A stretch of 64,000 bases of DNA, taken from the NCBI GenBank assembly GCA_028707065.1, contig JAQTUZ010000002.1:70513-134512 (forward strand). Reading direction: 5' to 3'. Below are positions 15,961 through 24,946 of this stretch, in pieces. Within the stretch, counting starts at the first letter, position 1; every line of letters starts with the position of its first letter. The position numbers and the translations under genes were made by a program. Below the pieces are notes generated by a model. That model saw nothing but the letters and a program-made list of their open reading frames with translations, ran no database searches and was not told the DNA's origin. The stretch is from Patescibacteria group bacterium (lineage in GTDB: Bacteria; Patescibacteriota; Patescibacteriia; Patescibacteriales; WJLG01).

Positions 15961-17664
15961 ATGTCAGAAGAAAAAAACGAGACCTTGAGTTTCAATGGCC
16001 TTGGCATTGCCGAGAAGCTTTTGGAAACTATCAACAAGCTGGGTTTGTCGGAACCGACGCCCATCCAATTTAAGTCTATTCCTGTCGCTGTCGAAGGAAA
16101 GGATATTATCGGTGTGGCTCAGACCGGAACTGGCAAAACTTTAGCTTTCGCTATCCCCATGATTCAGCGTTTGGCTTTGTATAAAGGTAAGGGATTAGTG
16201 CTTTTGCCGACCCGCGAGCTCGCTTTGCAGGTGGATGAAAGTATGCGCGCTTTTGGCGCTTCGATCGGATTGCGTACCGCAGTTATAATTGGCGGCGAAT
16301 CGATTAATCGACAGCGCGAAATGGTGCGCCGCAATCCTCATGTCTTGATTGCGACTCCGGGCCGGATGAATGATTTTATCCAGCGCGGTTGGATTAATTT
16401 AAGCGATGTCAAAGTATTAGTCTTGGATGAAGCTGATATGATGTTGGATATGGGATTTGCTCCCCAGATCGAAACCATCATCAAGAAAATCCCCAAGGCA
16501 AGGCAGACCATGCTTTTTTCCGCGACCATGCCTAAGGAGATCATCAAATTAGCTGCCAACCACATGGCCGAACCGATTAGCGTGGAGGTGGCGCCGTCCG
16601 GACAAACCGCCGCCGGCATCAATCAGGAGATTTATATCATCCATAAAGACGCCCGCTTGAGTCAATTGGAAAAACTTCTGCAAGAATCGGCCGGTTCGGT
16701 TTTGATTTTCTGCCGCACCAAGCGGGGAGTGAAAAAATTGACCGAGCAAGTGGAAATGATGGGCCATCGCGCCGCGGAAATCCATTCGAATCGTTCGCTG
16801 GAACAGCGCCGCAAGGCCTTAGCCGGCTTCAAGTCCCGCAAATACCGGGTATTAGTTGCAACTGACATTGCCGCACGCGGCATTGATGTGAAAGACATCG
16901 AGTTGGTTGTCAATTTCGATCTGCCGGAAGATCCGGGCGATTATGTGCACCGCATCGGCCGCACCGGACGCGCCGGCAAAACCGGCAAAGCGATTTCTTT
17001 CGCCATGCCGGATCAGATCCGCGACGTGCGCGCGATCGAACGCCTGATCAAAAAAACCATCCCCTTAACCAAATTAGCTGAGTATAACGAATCAAGTTCG
17101 TATGCTTCGGCTCCGGCTCGCCATTTTGGCAGAAAATTTTCCCGGCCATTCAATCGAGTCCAGGCTGGATTTGCCAAAAGGGGCCAGGAAAGATTCGGTT
17201 ATAAAAAATTTAATCACACTGATCAACCTAGCGAACGCGGCTTTAGTAAATACAAGTCTAAACCGGCTGATAACCGCTCTGATTTCGGTAATGATAAATT
17301 CAAACCCAAACGGGAAGGCTTCCGCTCTGATTTCGGCCATGATAAATTCAAGGCTAAAAAAGAGGGATACCGTTCTGATTTTGGTCGCGACAAATTCAAA
17401 CATAATAAACCAGGTCTCCATTCTGATTCCGGCTACAATAAATTTGCGCCGCATTTGCGTCGCAGTCCCGCGGCGGAGACTGCGGCGGGGCAGAAACGCG
17501 GTTTTGATCCGTTAGAATATTTTTCCAATCGTCCGGAAACCCGAGTTATGACTGATAAAGAAAGATTCCGCGCCAGCTTAAGAGAAGGCGATGATCGCCC
17601 CTCGTTCGGCCGCAAGAAGAATTTTTCCGGCAAAGGCCGCCGCGATAATCGATTTCATCGATAA
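15961..17664 (+). CDS. DEAD-box ATP-dependent RNA helicase with repetitive basic C-terminal tail
   Basis: AQTGTGKT, VLDEADMMLD, SAT and HRIGRTGRAG motifs. The C-terminus carries RSDFGxDKFK repeats. Confidence 0.9.
   Translation: MSEEKNETLSFNGLGIAEKLLETINKLGLSEPTPIQFKSIPVAVEGKDIIGVAQTGTGKTLAFAIPMIQRLALYKGKGLVLLPTRELALQVDESMRAFGASIGLRTAVIIGGESINRQREMVRRNPHVLIATPGRMNDFIQRGWINLSDVKVLVLDEADMMLDMGFAPQIETIIKKIPKARQTMLFSATMPKEIIKLAANHMAEPISVEVAPSGQTAAGINQEIYIIHKDARLSQLEKLLQESAGSVLIFCRTKRGVKKLTEQVEMMGHRAAEIHSNRSLEQRRKALAGFKSRKYRVLVATDIAARGIDVKDIELVVNFDLPEDPGDYVHRIGRTGRAGKTGKAISFAMPDQIRDVRAIERLIKKTIPLTKLAEYNESSSYASAPARHFGRKFSRPFNRVQAGFAKRGQERFGYKKFNHTDQPSERGFSKYKSKPADNRSDFGNDKFKPKREGFRSDFGHDKFKAKKEGYRSDFGRDKFKHNKPGLHSDSGYNKFAPHLRRSPAAETAAGQKRGFDPLEYFSNRPETRVMTDKERFRASLREGDDRPSFGRKKNFSGKGRRDNRFHR
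17275..17448 (+). repeat. about 48-nt in-frame tandem repeat (about 3.5 copies) inside the helicase gene
   Basis: cgctctgatttcggtaatgataaattcaaa..., cgctctgatttcggccatgataaattcaag..., cgttctgattttggtcgcgacaaattcaaa..., cattctgattccggctacaataaattt. Confidence 0.7.
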
Positions 17665-17675
17665 AAGATTATAAT

Positions 17676-17713
17676 AAAACAGCGCTGCAAAAAAATGTCA
17701 GCGCTGTTTTTTA
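17676..17713 (+). terminator. rho-independent terminator of the helicase gene
   Basis: aaaacagcgctg / loop / cagcgctgtttttt. Confidence 0.75.
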
Positions 17714-17909
17714 TTGGCCATGCAGCAGTCTCGCGTTTAGCGGACTGCTGCCAACGGCAAAAAAGTCCCCTCTCGAGAGGGGTGGACCGCCGCCTCGGCG
17801 GGACGGGGTGTGTTACAACTTTTTTATGGTAAAAAATTTTCGCCACTTTTTTTAAAAAAAGTGGCACATCCCGCAAAAATGACGGGACAAGAAAAACTGC
17901 GCGCTGGAC

Positions 17910-18025
17910 AAATTTTGGGACGCTCCGCCATGAAACCTAGTAAAATTTCGAACTCGCTTGCGCGGCGCAAGCTCAAACAACGAAATTTTGCACGGTTTCC
18001 ACGCTGTGCGTCTTATCCAAAATTT
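17910..18025. ncRNA. candidate structured RNA: about 116-nt fully nested long hairpin
   Basis: Five nested helices: AAATTTTGG/CCAAAATTT, GACGC/GCGTC, GAAACC/GGTTTC, AAAATTTCG/CGAAATTTT and GCTTGCG/CGCAAGC. Strand and class are unknown. Confidence 0.35.
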
Positions 18026-18114
18026 TCCAATGCGCGCTACAAGGAAGTTTATTTATTGATTAATGAATAAAAAATAAAAAAGGCGAGTAGCTGATGCTAA
18101 ACGCCTTTTGTGTG

Positions 18115-18672
18115 TTACTTACGAACGGCCAGGACGCGAATATCTCGGCTTAGATATCCGTTGGCTGTATCAAGCCAACTTAATGTTATGGTTACCTTGG
18201 AAAATTGCTCGTTCCAGTAAGTATACGGTATTCGGGGACAACCTTCGTCATTCCAGATTGACCCTATTTCAAGGATCACGTGCGTTTTTGATTCATCGGG
18301 GTAATACTGACCGAATATTAGAAGCTCCGGCAATGTCCCTGGACGAAATCCCGCGTTGTCCAAATCATTTAGAAGATTTTTGTCTGGGGTGTGATCTTTA
18401 AACTGTACAAACTGAAGATCAACTTGAACCTTCCCATGACCGGTAACGGGAAAGTTTTCGGTGGTATAGTCTGGCCGGTAACAACCATAATTGCTCAAGG
18501 ATATCATTGAATCCAGGGAGAGAGAATAATCAATCGATACTGGAAAAATATTTGACACTGAAAGAATGTCTGGATTGCCAGATGGTCCCGTGGGGGAATT
18601 TTTTGCGCAATTTGTAATCATGGTTAAACCGATAATAGTGGCAAGGGCAAGACAAATGGTTTTGTGAAACAT
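18115..18672 (-). CDS. hypothetical lipoprotein
   Basis: Signal peptide with lipobox-like MITNC. Confidence 0.6.
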   Translation of the reverse strand: MFHKTICLALATIIGLTMITNCAKNSPTGPSGNPDILSVSNIFPVSIDYSLSLDSMISLSNYGCYRPDYTTENFPVTGHGKVQVDLQFVQFKDHTPDKNLLNDLDNAGFRPGTLPELLIFGQYYPDESKTHVILEIGSIWNDEGCPRIPYTYWNEQFSKVTITLSWLDTANGYLSRDIRVLAVRK

Positions 18673-18854
18673 GGTGGAATACCTCCATTTAAAGATTTAA
18701 AGAACAAGTTTGTTATTCTATATACTGTATGCATATCATATTTTAGCAAAAAAGTCAATGGTGACGTAATGGAATTGAATAGACAGATTAATTTGGATAA
18801 TTTATAATATTGACACGGCCTAGATGCCGTATTTATATTAATTTTTAGGCTGTT

Positions 18855-19913
18855 ATGAAACAAAAGATAATCGCTACAATCGGCAAGAAGACTGAAAGTT
18901 ATGAGATGTTGAAGGCTTTAACTTTGGCCGGGATGGATATTGCCCGGATAAATTTTTCCCACGCCACTTACGAGCAATGGAATGATATCCGGGAAAAATT
19001 GAAAAAAATTAAGGAAGAGACCGGCAAGGATGTGAAGATGATGATGGACTTGCAAGGCCCGCGCATCCGCGTCGGCGTACTGCCTCACGAATTGCATTTG
19101 AATGAAAATGAAGTATATTGTTTTTCTTCCCGGGACGCCGATATTGAAAAAAAAGAAATTCCGATCGATCATGAAGAATTGGTCGATGATGTGAAATTGG
19201 GTGATCCATTTTATTTGTCCAACGGCTCGATCGAAATGAACGTCACGGAAATTAAGGATAAGAAAATTTGCGCCCGGGTCGAACGTGGCGGATTTTTGGC
19301 CTCGCGCAAAGGGATTAATGTGCCAAAAACTCATTTGTCCGGCGGCGGTTTTACTCCAAAAGACGCTGAAGACGCCAAATTCGGCGCGGAAAATGGAGCT
19401 GATTTTATATGTTTATCGTTCGTGCAAACTCCCGATGATGTTAGAAATTTGAAAAATCTTTTAGGCGATAAAAAAATTCCCGTGATCGCCAAGATCGAGC
19501 GGGCCAACGCCTTAGACGTGATTGATGACATTATCAAAAATTCCGACGGCATCATGGTTGCTCGCGGCGATTTGGGGATCGAAGTTCCTTATGAGGATCT
19601 GCCGATCATCCAAAAAGACCTGATCCGCCATGCTCATTGGCATGAAAAACCGGCGATCGTGGCCACGGAAATGCTCGCTTCGATGAGCGAAAAGCCCAAA
19701 CCGACCCGCGCCGAAGTCGCTGACGTGGCCAACGCCATCTTTGACGGCGCCGACGCCGTGATGCTTTCTGATGAAACCGCCGTGGGTAATTATCCGATCG
19801 AAGCGGTGACGGTGATGCATAAAGTCGTTGATCGGACTGACAACTTTTTCAACACCACGAATTATTTTGACCAATGCAAGGTTGGCGAACAATCAATAAA
19901 AAATAAGCTGTAA
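18855..19913 (+). CDS. pyk: pyruvate kinase (short form, no C-terminal regulatory domain)
   Basis: KIIATIG...DIARINFSH...MMDLQGPRIRVG...MVARGDLGIEVP. It is only 352 aa. Confidence 0.85.
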   Translation: MKQKIIATIGKKTESYEMLKALTLAGMDIARINFSHATYEQWNDIREKLKKIKEETGKDVKMMMDLQGPRIRVGVLPHELHLNENEVYCFSSRDADIEKKEIPIDHEELVDDVKLGDPFYLSNGSIEMNVTEIKDKKICARVERGGFLASRKGINVPKTHLSGGGFTPKDAEDAKFGAENGADFICLSFVQTPDDVRNLKNLLGDKKIPVIAKIERANALDVIDDIIKNSDGIMVARGDLGIEVPYEDLPIIQKDLIRHAHWHEKPAIVATEMLASMSEKPKPTRAEVADVANAIFDGADAVMLSDETAVGNYPIEAVTVMHKVVDRTDNFFNTTNYFDQCKVGEQSIKNKL

Positions 19914-19936
19914 TTTATTTATAATTTATTAATATT

Positions 19937-21763
19937 ATGGACAATTTTGAACAATTGCCGCCTCCGGCCGAGGAAAAAAAATTGCCGGGTCCGGCTCTGC
20001 CCCAGGCGTCTTTGGCGGATATTTCGCCCGCCTCGTCTCTGCCTACAAACAGTCAGCCGCAGCCAAAAGCACGGCGGCCGAAATTTTTGTTAATTTTTTT
20101 GATAATTCTCGTTGTGATTTTATTGTCGGCGGGTGGCGCTTTCGCTTATGTTTATAACTATAAGCCGGAACTGATGCCGAGTTTTCTTTCTTCTCTGCTT
20201 AAACCGCAAGATGTGCTGAAAAGAATGTATTTGGCGGTTACCGAGCTTAAATCATTTGAATTTGACGGCAGCGATGTTTCCGCTATCAGCTATGAACCGA
20301 CAACTCCCGCGGCTAATGCCGCGGCCACCGGAACAGAGGATATGTTTGCCACCGAGGTCAATCCTTTCGCGCCGACAACGCCGGGTAATTTTAACTTGAA
20401 CGTTACTTATCAAGGCGCGCTTGATTGGCATGATAAACATGATTTCAAAGTTCATGCTACCACGGGTTTGGAATTAGGCGGCGATGGCTTGGATCTTGGT
20501 TTCTTTAAAATTCCTCCCTTCAAGCTTCAGATTGATTTGAAGAAATTCGCCCAGAGTATTTATGCCAAAGCTAACCTTGCCCTGAAAGGCGATGATGGGA
20601 TTTTGTCTGCTTTGCCGGTAGATTCTGCGCAATTTTTCGACAAATGGGTAAGGTTCGATCTGGCTGCGGCAACTTCAACCGATCAGGAATTGAGCGTTAA
20701 AGAAGCTTTTGATAAATATAAAGCCAAGTTCGAGTTGACGGACGAGCAGATCGCGGCGATCAAAAAACTTTTGTATAATTCCAATATTGTTAAAGTAACC
20801 GCCAAATTGCCCGACGAAAAGATCAATGGCGTTGATACGTTTCATTATCGCTATTCTTATGATAAAGAGGCGTTAATAAAATTCGTCGAAGCGGCTGACG
20901 ATGTAAGCAAGGGCAAACTTTTGGCGGACGTGAATAAAGCTGATTGGATTAAACAAGTCAGTGAAGCGAAATTTCCGGAAAGCGAGATTTGGATCGGTAA
21001 GAAAGATTTTCTGCCTTATCAAAGTTATTTTTCCTCAACGACGGTCTCCGAATTTGCCGGGCTTAAAGTTACGGTTAAATCGGATTCGACCCTGAAGCTG
21101 AAAAATTTCAACCAGCCGGTAACGGTGGAAAAGCCGGCCGCCTCGGTAACTTTGGCTGAACTACTGGAAAATACTTTGGGAGTCGCGCGCGCCAAAGCGC
21201 GGGACGCGAAACGGGTGGCGGACATCAAGCAAATCCAAACCGCTTTGGAACTTTATTATGATGATAATGGCCGTTATCCCGCCTCGTTTGATCTTAGCGG
21301 TTCCGGCAGCCTTAAGTCAGACACTGCCACTTATATGTATATTCTTCCGGCCAATCCTGAGCCCAGAACCGACGGCGGCTGTCCAGATGAAAATTATTCT
21401 TACTCGACCGATTCCGCCGGCACAAGTTATCAGTTGAATTATTGTTTAGGTGGGGAAGCGGCGGGAATTCCGGCCGGACCGAATATTGCGACGCCTTCCG
21501 GTATCAGCGATCGGACCACTAACGGCAGCGCCCATCCGTTGAATTCCGGCGACACGGTAAGTTCTTCCGCGCCGGGGAATGCGCAGAGTGATGTCGACAA
21601 TGGCCAAGATTCCGATCAAGACGGATTAACCGATTGGCAGGAAACAAATATTTATCATACCGATCCAAACATTGCCGACACCGACGGCGATGGCTATCAA
21701 GACGGTGCCGAGGTGGAAAGCGGTTATAACCCGAACGGCCCGGGAAAATTGTCGCCCTGGTAA
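19937..21763 (+). CDS. large membrane-anchored protein with internal pilin-like segment and C-terminal Asp-rich calcium-binding (TSP3-like) repeats
   Basis: N-terminal TM helix. ARAKARDAKRVADIKQIQTALELYYDDNGRYP resembles the pilin at 45646. The C-terminus has DSDQDGLTDW...DTDGDGYQDG. Confidence 0.65.
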   Translation: MDNFEQLPPPAEEKKLPGPALPQASLADISPASSLPTNSQPQPKARRPKFLLIFLIILVVILLSAGGAFAYVYNYKPELMPSFLSSLLKPQDVLKRMYLAVTELKSFEFDGSDVSAISYEPTTPAANAAATGTEDMFATEVNPFAPTTPGNFNLNVTYQGALDWHDKHDFKVHATTGLELGGDGLDLGFFKIPPFKLQIDLKKFAQSIYAKANLALKGDDGILSALPVDSAQFFDKWVRFDLAAATSTDQELSVKEAFDKYKAKFELTDEQIAAIKKLLYNSNIVKVTAKLPDEKINGVDTFHYRYSYDKEALIKFVEAADDVSKGKLLADVNKADWIKQVSEAKFPESEIWIGKKDFLPYQSYFSSTTVSEFAGLKVTVKSDSTLKLKNFNQPVTVEKPAASVTLAELLENTLGVARAKARDAKRVADIKQIQTALELYYDDNGRYPASFDLSGSGSLKSDTATYMYILPANPEPRTDGGCPDENYSYSTDSAGTSYQLNYCLGGEAAGIPAGPNIATPSGISDRTTNGSAHPLNSGDTVSSSAPGNAQSDVDNGQDSDQDGLTDWQETNIYHTDPNIADTDGDGYQDGAEVESGYNPNGPGKLSPW

Positions 21764-21788
21764 AATTAAATTAATAACAATATTTTTT

Positions 21789-22094
21789 ATGGGCTCAAAT
21801 TGGTCGCAACAGGCATGCTTGAAATTAAGCCCGGCGCAGGGTTTGATCAGGCCGCCAAAGCTAAAGGTGGGGGGAATTTATAATTTTAAAAAAGAGAAAC
21901 AGCGGCTGTATATGATCGATACGCCGATGAATCTTTTGAGCGACAAATGGGAAGCGATCGGCATGGTTTTGATCACGGAAATAACTGTTAAACAAACATA
22001 TACCAAGGGTAAGTATAAAGTGCTGAAGATCTTCAATCCGAAGGACGCGGCAGCGATTTCTAGGAATTTGATACCGTACTATAAATTTAGATAA
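21789..22094 (+). CDS. hypothetical protein
   Basis: ATG at 21789 is in frame within ORF 21672..22094, whose upstream part overlaps the preceding gene. Confidence 0.45.
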   Translation: MGSNWSQQACLKLSPAQGLIRPPKLKVGGIYNFKKEKQRLYMIDTPMNLLSDKWEAIGMVLITEITVKQTYTKGKYKVLKIFNPKDAAAISRNLIPYYKFR

Positions 22095-22131
22095 TTTGTA
22101 ATTCATAATTTGTAATTTGTAATTGAAGTCC

Positions 22132-23001
22132 ATGCCCGAACTGCCGGAAGTTGAGACGATTAGACACGACCTTGCCCGGAAAATAGTTGGCGCGAAAATC
22201 AGCGCGGTTGAGGTCAGAGATAAAAAATTAGGCGAAGCTAAAAACTTCGCCCGTGTTTTAGTCGGCAATAAGATCATCGCCGCCGAGCGGATCGGCAAGC
22301 TTTTGATAATGAGATTGAATGATAAAAATTTTTTGCTGATTCATTTGAAGATGACCGGCCAGCTGGTTTACGAAGATCAGGAAGAATTGCTGGCAGGAGG
22401 CCATGCGTTTAAGGAAGGGGATCTATTAGAGGAAATCGGGGGAAAGTTGCCCAATAAATACACCCGCTTCATTTTGAATTTTGCCGGCGGCAAAAAATTA
22501 TTTTTTAATGATACGCGCCGTTTTGGTTATGTTAAGATCGTTGACAAAAAAGAATTGGCTGAAATTAAAACCAGATTCGGCATCGAGCCGTTGCAAGCTA
22601 ATTTTACTTTGGCGAATTTAAAGAAAATTTTGGCGGACAAGAAGATCAATATCAAAGCCGCGCTGATGGACCAAAAAAATATCGCCGGGATCGGCAATAT
22701 TTACGCCTCGGAAATTTTATATGTCGCCCGCGTCAAGCCGACTCGTCCGGCCGGAAGTCTGAAAGCGGATGAGATCGGAAAAATTTTTCAAGCTTCAAAA
22801 GCGGTTTTAAAGAACGCTATCAAACATCGCGGCACGACTTTCAGCGATTATGTCGATACCGGCGGCAAAAAAGGAAATTTTTCCAAACTTTTAAAAGTTT
22901 ATGAGCGGGCAGGGGAGAAATGCCAGGTTTGCGGCGGAACGATTAAAAATACTAAAATAGCCGGTCGGAGCACTTATTTTTGCCCGAAATGCCAACATTA
23001 G
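22132..23001 (+). CDS. mutM: formamidopyrimidine-DNA glycosylase
   Basis: Starts MPELPEVE (catalytic Pro2). C-terminal zinc finger CQVCG...CPKCQ. Confidence 0.9.
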   Translation: MPELPEVETIRHDLARKIVGAKISAVEVRDKKLGEAKNFARVLVGNKIIAAERIGKLLIMRLNDKNFLLIHLKMTGQLVYEDQEELLAGGHAFKEGDLLEEIGGKLPNKYTRFILNFAGGKKLFFNDTRRFGYVKIVDKKELAEIKTRFGIEPLQANFTLANLKKILADKKINIKAALMDQKNIAGIGNIYASEILYVARVKPTRPAGSLKADEIGKIFQASKAVLKNAIKHRGTTFSDYVDTGGKKGNFSKLLKVYERAGEKCQVCGGTIKNTKIAGRSTYFCPKCQH

Positions 23002-23120
23002 TTAATTAGTTGATTGGTTAATTAGTTTCGGCTGAACCAAGTTCGCCTCTAAAGAATACGCAGTCTAGAATGATGAACTTTGTTTTACTAAAACTAATTA
23101 ACTAATCAACCAATCAACTG
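22999..23120. repeat. word-repeat inverted repeat (AATTAGTT word family)
   Basis: Left arm tagttaattagttgattggttaattagttt, right arm aaaactaattaactaatcaaccaatcaactg, about 60-nt spacer. Confidence 0.7.
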
Positions 23121-23192
23121 CCTTGACTTTTCCTTTAAAATTCAATAAGATACTAACATATCTAATTATTTAAACAGCATAATACTAACGAT

Positions 23193-23348
23193 ATGTCTCA
23201 AGACAATTTGATCAAGTTCGAATGCACGGAATGCAAAAAAATCACTCATTTTTCCCACAAAAATAAGAAAATTTTGAAGGAAAGGCTGGAATTGAATAAA
23301 TATTGCCAGAATTGCAAAAAGCATACTCTTCACAAGGAAACAAAATAG
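23193..23348 (+). CDS. rpmG: 50S ribosomal protein L33
   Basis: Manual 51-aa ORF, below the track cutoff: [51 protein letters not shown]. It has the CxxC...CxxC L33 pattern. A TTGACT-N17-TAAGAT promoter lies upstream. Confidence 0.85.
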   Translation: MSQDNLIKFECTECKKITHFSHKNKKILKERLELNKYCQNCKKHTLHKETK

Positions 23349-23427
23349 TTAATTAGTTGATTGGTTAATTAGTTTTTTAGATACGACGTTTCGTCTGTTT
23401 TTTGTATTTGGTTAATTACCGTTCGTT

Positions 23428-23841
23428 ATGCTTATAAATAAAAAAATCAAATTTGCTATATTATTTTTTTTGGTTTTTGTTTTGTCCGGTTGCCAGACTT
23501 TTGGCGTGAGCGATGGCTTGAAGATTTTAAACGATAATCTGGGCAAGGCCTTGAACAGTTTGGGAGAAAATCAAGCCAGTTCGACTTTTAACTTCTTTGG
23601 CAAAAGCAATTCGACTAAGGATAAGGCGCTAACCTCGGCCGATCTGTCCGCGGCCGACAAACAAGCGATCGACGATTGGCTCGTTAAAAAAAGTTTGAAC
23701 CGCTACGGCGACGCCAAAAACGCGCTTTATACCGGCGGCACGCCGCTTTTTGATGAAGCGACCGGCAAAGCGATTGAACGCTATGATTATATCCTAAATA
23801 AATTCCCCGGTATTTTGGAACAAATTAAAAAAGGGGATTGA
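23428..23841 (+). CDS. hypothetical lipoprotein
   Basis: Signal peptide with lipobox LSGC. Confidence 0.55.
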   Translation: MLINKKIKFAILFFLVFVLSGCQTFGVSDGLKILNDNLGKALNSLGENQASSTFNFFGKSNSTKDKALTSADLSAADKQAIDDWLVKKSLNRYGDAKNALYTGGTPLFDEATGKAIERYDYILNKFPGILEQIKKGD

Positions 23842-23869
23842 TCCGGGGCCGCAAGGCTAACCTAAAAAT

Positions 23870-24928
23870 ATGGATAGAATTTTAATGACAAGAGTTTTTT
23901 TATTAGTGCTTCTTTTCGCGGTTTTGGGAGCGTGTTTTTTGGTTTTTAAGCCGTTCTTGATTGTTATTTTAGTGGCTGCCGTTTTAGCTTCTATTTTTTA
24001 TCGGCCCTATGAATGGCTGGCGAAAAAGCTCGGCGGGCGGAAAAAGATCGCCGCTTTAATTATGTGCGTCTTGATCATTCTGGTTATCATTATTCCGTTG
24101 ACAAATTTGATCGTTTTCGGGGCGCAAAAGTCGGTGGCCGCTTATTCAGACATGATGAATTTTTTAAATACCGGCGGTCTTGAAAATACGATTGAGAAAA
24201 GCGCTCTGAAAAATTTTCAGGAATTGTTCAATGTCGGCGGCGAAGGATTAAAAGCGCTTATCTTGGATGTCGCCCAGAAATCCAGTAACTTTTTAATGAG
24301 CGGCGCGGCCGGGTTTCTGAAAGGGACGACGACTTTCCTTATTTCTTTGATCCTGATCATTTTCACTCTGTTCTTTTTCTTTATCGATGGCCAAAAAATG
24401 CTGGAGCGGCTGATGTATTGGACGCCGCTGCCGGATAAATACGATCATCTGATAATCAAAAAGTTCCGCGATGTAAGCTATAGCGTTTTCCTTTCGACTT
24501 TTTTGGTCGCGCTGGTGCAAGCATCTTTAATAGCCGCGGTTTTTTTTATCGTTGGTCTGCCGGCGTTTTTTCCGGCGATCGCCACCGCGCTTTTGTCGAT
24601 GATCCCGTTTTTCGGCGCCTGGCTGGTCTGGCTGCCGGCCGGCATTTATCTTCTGGCAATCGGCCATATTTGGCAGGGAATTTTCATGATTCTTTTCGGC
24701 GCGGCGATAATCAGCACGGTTGACAATGTGATCCGGATGTTTGTGATCAAGGGCAAGGCCGAAGTGCACCCGATATTTATTTTGTTCTCGGTTTTGGGAG
24801 GCATTGCTTTGTTCGGCTTCTGGGGCATCGTTATCGGGCCGCTGCTGATCTCTTTGGCCGTGACCATTTTAAATATTTACGACGAATTGGAATACAGCAA
24901 GATTCTTCATAAAAAAGCGGATTTTTAA
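23870..24928 (+). CDS. AI-2E family transporter (PerM/UPF0118)
   Basis: Polytopic membrane protein, paralogous to the next gene (shared ...FFFFIDGQKMLERLMY..PLP.KYD...). Confidence 0.8.
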   Translation: MDRILMTRVFLLVLLFAVLGACFLVFKPFLIVILVAAVLASIFYRPYEWLAKKLGGRKKIAALIMCVLIILVIIIPLTNLIVFGAQKSVAAYSDMMNFLNTGGLENTIEKSALKNFQELFNVGGEGLKALILDVAQKSSNFLMSGAAGFLKGTTTFLISLILIIFTLFFFFIDGQKMLERLMYWTPLPDKYDHLIIKKFRDVSYSVFLSTFLVALVQASLIAAVFFIVGLPAFFPAIATALLSMIPFFGAWLVWLPAGIYLLAIGHIWQGIFMILFGAAIISTVDNVIRMFVIKGKAEVHPIFILFSVLGGIALFGFWGIVIGPLLISLAVTILNIYDELEYSKILHKKADF

Positions 24929-24946
24929 AATAACCGGAAATAAATT

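Noticed and set aside
22086-22122. AT-rich direct repeats aatttgtaatt upstream of mutM, sharing cataatttgtaatt with 26374-26387 just upstream of tRNA-Trp.
   Set aside because: They most likely reflect similar AT-rich promoter (-10/-35-like TTGTAA...TAATT) sequences. The shared stretch is short and low-complexity, so no special element is claimed.
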